From positions 208,675-272,674 of the forward strand of contig CAWJQA010000018.1 of assembly GCA_963844885.1 (NCBI GenBank): DNA of 64,000 nt, in the 5' to 3' direction. Shown here one piece after another: positions 36,918 to 44,782 of the stretch. Below the pieces are notes generated by a model. It did not search any database and was not told the DNA's origin. It was given only the letters and a program-made list of their open reading frames with translations. This stretch comes from an uncultured Holophagales bacterium. GTDB taxonomy: Bacteria; Acidobacteriota; Thermoanaerobaculia; Multivoradales; UBA5704. The translations under genes and the position numbers were made by a program. Within the stretch, counting starts at the first letter, position 1; each line of letters begins with the position of its first letter.

Positions 36918-38084
36918 TCACATCAACGCGTTGTCACGTTCGCACAGCGCCACAAGCAAGGGCAGCTCCACATGAACCGGCACCGGGGCCTTCATTCCGG
37001 GCTGCCGCTTCTCAGGAGTCATCTGATCGAGCTTCGATCCCTCGATTGCACTGACTGGAACCAGCCAGGGACGGCCTCCGAAGTCGAGCCGCTGAGGAAT
37101 TGCGGCGACCCGGGGATCCTCGCTCGACAGCAACTCCTCATGAAGGGCCTCGGACACCTGCCGGGCATTGGCCAGATAGCGGGCCACTCCTGAGCCTTTT
37201 CTTAGCTGTCTGAGGTAAGTCATCGGAGAATCCGTGTCCGGAGAAATCCAGTTGTCGTAGATCTTGGAGAGGACGCTGCGACGATCGTCCGCCTGTGTCA
37301 AAGCGAGGATGGTCTTGACCGGCTGGCGCTGCTTCGCCTCTTCCCGTACGTCCGTGTAGTTTTCCACCACCTGCTCCAGGCCGTTCAGGAGTACCTCCCG
37401 GTCCTGCCAATCCTTTGGAGTCATGTTGCTGGACGGAAACGCCGCCCACAACGGAAGGCAGAACACCATCACGCTGGCATGGAGATATCCCTCTTTCCAG
37501 ACTTTTCGGTTCTCCTCGTTGAGCGGCGCCTCGAAAAACTCCCCCGCTCCGTCAAAAAACTCAACGTCCATGACGGCCCGATCCCGTCCAAGGAGACCCG
37601 TTCGGTACCGGAGCCGCAGGCGGTACCAATATTGCGCCGAGCGGTTCGTCGGAGGGAGCCGCTCCCAAAGCCTGTATTTTTCAGCGAATTTGCCGATCTG
37701 AAGAGTCCGGGCCTGCTCTCCGCGCTGCAGCGCCCAGAAGAGACGAATTCCATCCAGATAGTAGTTGAGGGCCCCTGCATGAGCTCCCGCCAGAGTCCGG
37801 TAAACCATCGATTGGAACAGATAGCTCTTCCCGACGGACTTGCCGCCGACAATGCCGAGCTTTTCGGTGCCCGGCAGGTCGAAAGGCTCACTGTCCGGAT
37901 CGAAGTCATCGCCGGAATAGGGAAGAGGCTCCGCCGGTTCCTCCGGGGTGACTATGGCCTCCTCTGCTCGAACCGGAAATGGGACGAGACGGTTCTCCAG
38001 CCCCACTCCACCAGGAACGCTTTCGTCTGGAACGTCTCCGCCCCACCGATCGTTCACGCCTGCGTCTTGATCGCTCATCACCAT
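36918..38084 (-). CDS. Ras-like (TRAFAC-class) P-loop GTPase, second copy in the window
   Basis: 388 aa. G1 is LGIVGGKSVGKSYLF, G3 is EFFDGAGEF, G4 is ALTQADD and G5 is VPVSAIEG. It has the same motif order as the 27959 protein but is highly diverged. Confidence 0.75.
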   Translation of the reverse strand: MVMSDQDAGVNDRWGGDVPDESVPGGVGLENRLVPFPVRAEEAIVTPEEPAEPLPYSGDDFDPDSEPFDLPGTEKLGIVGGKSVGKSYLFQSMVYRTLAGAHAGALNYYLDGIRLFWALQRGEQARTLQIGKFAEKYRLWERLPPTNRSAQYWYRLRLRYRTGLLGRDRAVMDVEFFDGAGEFFEAPLNEENRKVWKEGYLHASVMVFCLPLWAAFPSSNMTPKDWQDREVLLNGLEQVVENYTDVREEAKQRQPVKTILALTQADDRRSVLSKIYDNWISPDTDSPMTYLRQLRKGSGVARYLANARQVSEALHEELLSSEDPRVAAIPQRLDFGGRPWLVPVSAIEGSKLDQMTPEKRQPGMKAPVPVHVELPLLVALCERDNALM

Positions 38085-38087
38085 CTC

Positions 38088-39744
38088 CTATCTACGCACC
38101 ACGCGGACCACAACAGCCCACTGATCCTGGAACAACTGCTCCAGTTCCGGGGGCTTGACCGAGATATCCTTCCCGACCTGGAACCCGTTTACTGCCGAGC
38201 CGCTCATTGGGAACGAGACTGGCGCCGACGAGACAGCCCGCGCCGCGTTTTCCAGATCAATCATCACCTTAGCTCGGTAATGTTCGCTGTCCATCTCGCC
38301 AGAAATCGGAAAGAGAAAGTAAATCTCCTCCGGAGCCTGGTAGGGTTCAAGGCTGCAATTGCCGCAAAAGGACTTATACACCAGGCGCATCTCGACCCGG
38401 AGCTCCGCTCCCAGCCCGCGCTTCCGGGGGAGATAGGAGTAACAATCGAGCCGGAAATACTGGAAGAAGCCCCTGGAATACCGTCCCGTCTCCCGGCAGC
38501 CCTGAAGGCGGTGCCTCTCCTCGACATCCCGCAACGTGAGCCGCATCAAGTTGGGCAGATCCGCCGGACGGAGCGCGTCCTCGCCGCCTCCGGTCATTGA
38601 GGTCTGGAGGAGGTCGACGAGAGGGATTTCCGAGCGTGCCAGAAGCGCTTCATGAGACGGGACTCGATATACCGCCCACCCGTCGGTCCACGTGCCTTCC
38701 TGGTCGTGCAGGTGTTGCCTCAACATTTCCTTCGCGGCGCTGCAATGTTGCTTGAGGTCTACCCAGGCGTGGCTCGCGGGTGGCGCGCCTTCGAGCTCGA
38801 CCTCGTCGAAGATTCGGCCGATCTCTTGATGATAGAGGCCCACCACCTCGCTGGCTGGTGGGAATGCGAGCCCGATCTCCCACCGGTCCGAATCGGTATT
38901 CCAGAAGATCGCGGGCTCCTGGAAGGTGGAGACGAGAGGCACCTTGTCCGGATCGAGACCAGCCACTGCCGCGTCCGCCAGTCCGGAAGCCGCCGCGGCG
39001 AGATCGCCGTCCTTGCCGAGGATGGCCGCCTCCTGCCAGAGCTGTGCATTCCCGAGCAGGACGTTCGGCCGGACCGGATCGAGTCGGTTCACGGCCTTCG
39101 AAGCAGCCTCCGGATCGGCTTCCAGGTGAGCCCAGTCGTGCCGGCTCACCTCCTGGACCTCGGTTGTCCAGAGGCGCAGTTGATCGATCGCCTGATCTAT
39201 GCCGACCCTCTTCTGGTTGACGATTCCCGGCCCGTCCAGGCAACGCCGGGAACAACCACGAGGAGGACCAGCAGAAGCGACAGTGGAGCACTGTGCTGCA
39301 CCCAGGCGCTGTCCGGCCGGAGCTTGACGAGGCGGGGCAGTAGAGTCACCGCCGCCGCCAGCCCCGCGACCGCCAGAGCATCCAGAAGGGAGTTCTCCCG
39401 GATCCGGGTCGACAGCACACAGAGAGCTGTATTGACGACCGCCAGAAACAGGCACCACCAGCGAGGCCAGGGCCGTCCGGCCGCCGGCGGCACGCGAAGA
39501 CGACGTACCAGGCCAGCAGGGCAGCGACCAGCGATACAGTCAAACCCGCGCGGCCAGGCAGTACGAACAGCGCCCGCATCTCCCGGTCGTGCATCAGGAA
39601 GGCCAGGACCAGCACGAACACGGCCGCTGAAGCAACGGACAGCGCCACCGCCGGGAGCGCCAGGGTCCATAGTTTCCGGACACCCTTCGCCTCCAGCGGG
39701 TCCGGGATCTCCGTCTCCAACTCGCGATGACCTACGTCGGGCAC
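38088..39744 (-). CDS. Multi-TM N-terminus plus ~400-aa soluble domain, unknown function; two frame breaks (~39480 and ~39230)
   Basis: Three track ORFs in three frames are involved. ORF 39346..39744 has TM segments. ORF 39197..39670 has more TM segments (WWCLFLAVVNTALCVL, LSLLLVLLVVVPGVAW). ORF 38088..39458 encodes the soluble part from ..GIVNQKRVGIDQAIDQL... Together they read as one protein if single nucleotides are restored. It ends 3 nt before the GTPase gene. Confidence 0.55.
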
Positions 39745-39840
39745 GTCTCCTCCCTTCCTCGGGATGGAACCTCGGTGCTCCTATATAGTCACCAGCCGCG
39801 GCAGAAGGTTTAGTCTGGATCGAGGTTCCGTCACCGCCGC

Positions 39841-40065
39841 GGAAAGGAACGTTCTCGCGGTGAACAGGAACGTCTCCGCATGAAAACGAAGCGTAACTCG
39901 CGAGGAAAAGAACGCGGCAAAATGAAAATGGAGCGTAATGTAGTGAAATCGAAGCGTATCATCCGAGGAAGGGAACGACGAAAAAGAAGAACAGAGCGTA
40001 AGTTTTGGGGAAGAGAACGTCCGTGCATGAAAATAAGGCGTAAATCTTGAGGCCGCGAACGCCTC
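39841..40065. repeat. Eleven tandem ~21-nt degenerate repeats (GAA-N4-5-GA(A/G)CGT-like unit) in an AT-richer intergenic region
   Basis: Cores gaacg/gaagcg/gagcg/aggcg start at 39847, 39868, 39888, 39910, 39931, 39951, 39973, 39994, 40015, 40036 and 40057, with spacing of 20-22 nt. The array lies between the start of the 39744 gene and the stop of the 40144 gene, both on the minus strand. It also contains a 56-codon K/R-rich + strand ORF (39880-40050). Confidence 0.75.
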
Positions 40066-40143
40066 CGCATCGCTCGGAGACGTTGCCGGCCAAGACGGGG
40101 AGGATGCCAAAGGGAAGATTGGCGTTGCGTGGCGGGGTGAAAC

Positions 40144-40881
40144 CTAGCCGCAGAAGTCCACATCAGGAGCGTAGTTGGGAAGACCGATGAAGAGGATCTC
40201 TACATCCACACTTCGAAACTGCCCACCCTTATCTCCATGCTCACGCCCCTTCAAGTCGACCTTGACCGGCATCTTCTTCATGAGATCCTGCGCCAGCGCG
40301 GCAGCCCTGGCGCAGGCAAGAAGCTCGTTGTCCAGCGTTTTCTCTCCGGCCTCCAGAGTCCGGTTTCTACCGCCCACGAAGCACGGCAGGGGCAAGCCTT
40401 CATAGTCAAGCCCGCCGCTAACCGGTATGGAATCCGCAGTTCCTGTGGACGACAAAGCGATCTTGAGTCGGTTTGTCGGGACGCCGCGAAATAATCCGTA
40501 GACATCCGCAAAGCATGACGCCAGCATAGCCGCGTCCGGTGAATCGGCAAGTTTGAACTTTCCCGGGGCATAAAAGTCCCGCTTCGCGATGATCCGAACG
40601 GTCGTTGTGTCACCGTTTTGCACTTGATCGCATGTAACGCCGGGCACGAGGTTCTTCACGGTGTTCTGGATCACGATACGGCTCTTCTCTGTCCCTTGCC
40701 GCACGGCGCTCGCTACCTGTGCTTCGTCCGGCACGGCTGGCACGGGCGTCGGCGCCGGCTGGCCTACCGGCGCAGAAGCTCTCCATAGGATGGCGGCAAT
40801 CAGGCCGAGATAACCGACAACCGTCGCCACGACAGCGAAAGCCCTTCGAGTGACATCACCCTCGCTTCCTTCGGCACCCAT
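40144..40881 (-). CDS. Membrane-anchored protein with divergent OmpA/MotB-like C-terminal domain
   Basis: 245 aa. The N-terminal TM segment is AFAVVATVVGYLGLIAAILW. FYAPGKFKL..RLKIALSSTGTADSIPV..DNELLACARAAALAQDLMKK..FRSVDVEILF follows the OmpA_C pattern (FxxGsxxL / GhTD / NxxLSxxRA / RRVEi) but is degenerate. Confidence 0.5.
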   Translation of the reverse strand: MGAEGSEGDVTRRAFAVVATVVGYLGLIAAILWRASAPVGQPAPTPVPAVPDEAQVASAVRQGTEKSRIVIQNTVKNLVPGVTCDQVQNGDTTTVRIIAKRDFYAPGKFKLADSPDAAMLASCFADVYGLFRGVPTNRLKIALSSTGTADSIPVSGGLDYEGLPLPCFVGGRNRTLEAGEKTLDNELLACARAAALAQDLMKKMPVKVDLKGREHGDKGGQFRSVDVEILFIGLPNYAPDVDFCG

Positions 40882-41035
40882 AGCTTGCTCCCTGCCTACT
40901 TTACCTGCAGCAGAAAAGAGCCGCTGCCCGAAGAGGCTTGATCCCTGTATTCGACAGCCCCATTGACGATCACCTCACAGATCCGGGTCGCGCTCGGAGT
41001 ATCCACCGACCACCAGAGTGAATGGCTTCCAGAAG

Positions 41036-41497
41036 TCAAACCCGGTAACCGAGCGCGACCGTGGACTGCCGGGAGCTGATTCCCGTCGACCCCCAGTCGG
41101 ACCGTGTCCCGGGATTCGCAGGATCCTGGCAGGAAAGCTCAACGCTATCGGCGCTACTGGCGTCTACGATCCCTGGCTGAATCGACTCGACTGAGATGCG
41201 GGCCGAAGAAACCGGCAGCTTCGGAACGTCTCCGGGCTTGTTCAGGAGAGCCGTAATCTTCCCTGACGAATCTTCGAGCAATCCGGTTTCGATCAGGAAG
41301 CGCAGGTTCGTTGCACTGTCCTTCACGTTACCAGTCTCGATTGCCTTCAGGATCAGGCTCGATTGGGCCTTGTCTTTTTCGAGCTGACCATTGAAGTAGC
41401 CCTGGATGGCAGTCGAAAGCACTCCGCCTACGAGACTCAGCACCGCAACCCATATTGGAATAAGAATCGCCGACTTTCCACCAGTATCCAGGGACAC
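41036..41497 (-). CDS. Hypothetical membrane-anchored protein; the C-terminus may continue to ~40905 in other frames
   Basis: 153 aa, with N-terminal TM segment ILIPIWVAVLSLVGGVL. Downstream of its stop, other frames read FDFWKPFTLVVGGYSERDPDL and VIVNGAVEYRDQASSGSGSFLLQVK, which look protein-like and may reflect frame breaks. Confidence 0.5.
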   Translation of the reverse strand: MSLDTGGKSAILIPIWVAVLSLVGGVLSTAIQGYFNGQLEKDKAQSSLILKAIETGNVKDSATNLRFLIETGLLEDSSGKITALLNKPGDVPKLPVSSARISVESIQPGIVDASSADSVELSCQDPANPGTRSDWGSTGISSRQSTVALGYRV

Positions 41498-41677
41498 AGC
41501 CTCTCCTTCCGCTCAACCTTCCTCAGGGAGGGGGCTGAGCCCGGACAAACTTTTGTTCTGTTGGCTGAATGCTATGGCTCTTCCCGGCGGCTGTCAAGGA
41601 GGGCTGACCGGCAGCGGTGGGCTAACGCGGAGCCGGCAGGGCCATGGGCACCTCCCGGTCGTCTCCAATAGACAGTT

Positions 41678-42175
41678 CTAGGCCTCGGCCCCCCTTCCCT
41701 CGCTCACAACTCCCGCCCTCCACATGGAAAGGAGGCCCACGAGTCCGCCTCCGATCTCGCCGACGATGAGCCCCCCAATCCCGGCGGCCAGACAGCCCAA
41801 GACCATGATGGAGAGGATGACGGTCCAGACAGTCCCGCCTACTCCCTGGGTAAGCGAAAACATGAGGGCCAGCATCAGGCAGAGGATGACGCTCTTGACG
41901 AATTGGCTCGCCAGGCTTGCCAGCAGGCCTACCATCGCGCCGCCAACTGCGCAGGCGGAAAGACTCGCGCCCGAACGGCGTCGCAAGGTCAGGGCATACA
42001 TACCGGCCCCCGTGAGAAGTACCGCCTGGGACAATCCGATCATGGCGAAGGCCATCCTAACCTGCCGATCGAATGGCTGGCCGAATAATGCAAGCGGGAA
42101 CACGAGCTCGATGAAAAATTGAAGGATCGCGACAACAAAGGCCGGGAGGATCGCTCGGCGAAAGATGTTTTTCAT
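41678..42175 (-). CDS. Small polytopic membrane protein (module B), paralogue of 44288..44782
   Basis: An internal ATG of track ORF 41678..44248 gives 165 aa (MKNIFRRAILPAFVVAILQF...). The ATG overlaps the TGA of the upstream protease frame (ATGA at 42172-42175). RRRSGASLSACAVGGAMVGLLASL parallels RRRSDAGLSACFLDGAMIGLLSNL in module A. Confidence 0.65.
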   Translation of the reverse strand: MKNIFRRAILPAFVVAILQFFIELVFPLALFGQPFDRQVRMAFAMIGLSQAVLLTGAGMYALTLRRRSGASLSACAVGGAMVGLLASLASQFVKSVILCLMLALMFSLTQGVGGTVWTVILSIMVLGCLAAGIGGLIVGEIGGGLVGLLSMWRAGVVSEGRGAEA

Positions 42176-44215
42176 GACAGCGCCTCGATGAACAGCCATG
42201 GCGCCAAGCTGTTTCCACAGGCCGGGCAACGGTCGGCCACCGAGGCCTTCCCCGCATCTTTTCCGCAATGCGGGCACCGCGGTCTTCTTCCGTCCTCCCG
42301 GCGGACCTCCCGGACGGCCAAGGCGAAGAGCATCAAGGCCAAAAGGAAGAGGAATCCCAGTAGCCCGACCGACCCCATGGCTAAGGCTCCCATCACCTTG
42401 ATCATTTTCATCGACGGCCAGATCCAGAACTGGCCACCCAGTAGAATCAGGACCAGCGGCCACAGGAGGATCGTCGAAGCCCACTTCAAGATCCGAAGCT
42501 GTCGCGCTGGCTTTTGAGCCGCGAGGTGGGTACCCAGCAACCGCCTGGCGAAGAGTCGAATCGTCGACAGCCACGCCCAGAAAGGCAGGGTTGCGAACAG
42601 CACCCACAGGATCAGTCCCAGGAACCCCCAGGATTGCCCGGGCAGCGCCGGCGTCATCGGCAACAGGATCAGTCCGGCCTCGAATCCCAGGGCGGTGAGG
42701 AAGGCTGGCTTCAGCAGGGACCTGTACGGATGAGGATTGCGAAGGTCTTGCGCTACCTGAAGCACGCTCTCTCTGCGCCTGCACGCCGAGGGTTCCAGCC
42801 AGAAAGTACGACACGGCGGACAAGAGGCTGAAAGCGGAGACAAAAATCAGAGCTCCCCAAACGAAGCCACCCAAGGGGTAGTATAGCCGCATGGCGGCGG
42901 CCATGCCGTGGGACTGGATGAATCCTTCGATGATCGAGTTGGTCATCAGGACACCCAGAGCATCGGTGATGAGCACGATCACGCTCGTCATGGTAAGGGT
43001 GCCGCCGATAAGGTAGCCAAACAGGATTCCCGCCAGGAAAGGGACATCTCCGCTGATGCCGAGCACCTGGTTCGAATGATCGAGGACGTCTCGCCGCTCC
43101 GCGAAGGTGGGGTGTTTTCGCCAGAGACGGGCAAGGCGCTGCAAAAGCGCGCCCGGTTTGACAGGCCGGCTCTCGTTCTTCTCTTCGAGCGCGGATCGTA
43201 AAGGCTCTCCCGCGTTCCAGAGCAGGGCGGTCCGCAGATCAGCATCATGCTCGCGCCCGCGCAGGATGCCGCGACGGATCAATTCGACGACAAGCAGTGT
43301 CGCGAGCACGTGCAGGGAGACGACGACTGGAAGCCAGCCCGGAACCGGCGAAGCGCCTCCAGAGAACCAGAAAATCCAAAGAGCACCGATCAGGATGGCA
43401 AGGACCGGCACAAGCACAATCCACGACGCCTCTGCCCAATAAGACCGTGTAGTATCACGGTTCGCCAGGTGGGAAAGCTCGTGAAGAACCATGGCTCGCG
43501 AAGAATAGGGTTTCCCGTGTTCCCGGATCTCTTTGCGCAGGATGGCGGGAACCGCCCGGGTCAGGACGATGACTGGACGCTTTGATGATCCATACGCCTG
43601 TCCGTCGCCAACCGCACCCCGGGAGAGCAGAAACTTCGGCCATGGCAAAGAGCGTTCACCAAGCTTGCGTTGCAGCTCCTGGGCTTCCTCGACCAGGGCG
43701 TGCATGATTTTTTGAAACTCCGGCCGTTCTTCAGCCGTCGATCCGGCGAGGCGCGTGAACCAGAGAAGGTGTGCGCGAATGAAATAGAACGCAAGAATGC
43801 AGAGAAGCGAAAGAAGCAGGAAGAGAAGTGGGAACAAGAGATACGGCACCATGACTGCCAGCCGGTAGCGAGCTGACCGCGACAATTGCGCGAGCGCCGC
43901 TTCTGTCCGGGCCAACTCCCCGGGCTTCTCCAGATCCATGTACTCTTGGCCGAGGCCTTGCAACCACGCTGTAAGGTCTTCCGGCGAGGGAAGAATCGAA
44001 GGCTGATCGTCTTCCACATCCAGGATGTCGCGATCCAGCTTCGGCAGCGCATCGATGGCCGGCCACCTCAGGTTTTCGGCAAGAACCTTGGCGAAGAAAA
44101 ACCCGATCCCCCAGCACAGGCTCAGAATCGCCCATATCAGGAGGATGGACCGTAGTTGGGTCTCGCTGGGAAAAGCGAACGGGTTGAGGAGCCTTCCGGG
44201 TTTCTCTTCGGCCAT
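42172..44215 (-). CDS. M48-family metalloprotease with C-terminal zinc ribbon (paralogue 2, module B); frame break in a (CT)4/(AG)4 run at 42767-42774
   Basis: It starts MAEEKPGRLLNPFAFPSETQL with a GGAGGGAGAG Shine-Dalgarno upstream of ATG 44215, and carries HELSHLANRD and GREHDADLR. After ..GTLGVQAQRE the homology to module A (QRESVLQ...HPYR..PAFLTALGFEAG...RCPHCGKDAGKASVADRCPACGNSLAPW) continues in track ORF 42172..42843. Confidence 0.75.
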
Positions 44216-44287
44216 GTCTCTCCCTCCGGCGGTTGAGGATGTAGACACCTCCCTGCGGCCGTTGTGTAGGCCTTTCGGCTCAGGCTT

Positions 44288-44782
44288 CTACAGGACCGCC
44301 GCTTCCGAGCCTTCCGACTTCCGCTTGTTTCCCGATCCAGCCCTCGAAACGAGCCCGACGAGCCCTCCTCCCATTCCACCGAGAACAAGTCCCGTGAAGG
44401 CGTAGATCAGCACAATCACCGAGGAGAGGACGAGAAAAGAAATCCACCAGCCCGGGTCCGCTCCGCTGGAACGCGGCACGAGGGATTCCATCAGCGGAAC
44501 GCTCGCTCCGATGAATGGGATCTGCACGACGAGGTTCGAGAGCAGGCCGATCATGGCGCCGTCCAGGAAACAAGCGGAGAGACCGGCGTCCGACCTGCGC
44601 CGCAAGAGAACGGCGTGTACGGCGCCTCCGGCAAAGCTCGTCATCATGAACAGCGCCAGGAGAAGACAATCTTTCGAGAACCAGCCTGTGCGCGGAATTA
44701 CAACCGGCATCGAAAGGACCGCGAGCTGGCTCACTGCGACCACGAGAGTCGGCACCAACGTTCTCCGCATTAGCATTTTCAT
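44288..44782 (-). CDS. Small polytopic membrane protein (module A)
   Basis: An internal ATG of track ORF 44288..44857 gives 164 aa (MKMLMRRTLVPTLVVAVSQL...). It has an ATGA overlap with the upstream protease stop (44779-44782). Confidence 0.65.
   Translation of the reverse strand: MKMLMRRTLVPTLVVAVSQLAVLSMPVVIPRTGWFSKDCLLLALFMMTSFAGGAVHAVLLRRRSDAGLSACFLDGAMIGLLSNLVVQIPFIGASVPLMESLVPRSSGADPGWWISFLVLSSVIVLIYAFTGLVLGGMGGGLVGLVSRAGSGNKRKSEGSEAAVL

Noticed and set aside
39841-40065. Possible CRISPR array, given the regularly spaced repeats.
   Set aside because: The period is only ~21 nt with a ~6-nt conserved core. There is no repeat-plus-unique-spacer structure and no cas genes in the window.
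41678-44248. The 856-aa track ORF taken as a single protease.
   Set aside because: After ..GVQAQRE its sequence loses all similarity to the paralogue for ~220 aa, while another frame (42172..42843) carries the conserved C-terminal half and zinc ribbon. The last 165 aa correspond to a separate small membrane gene with its own ATG overlapping that frame's stop.
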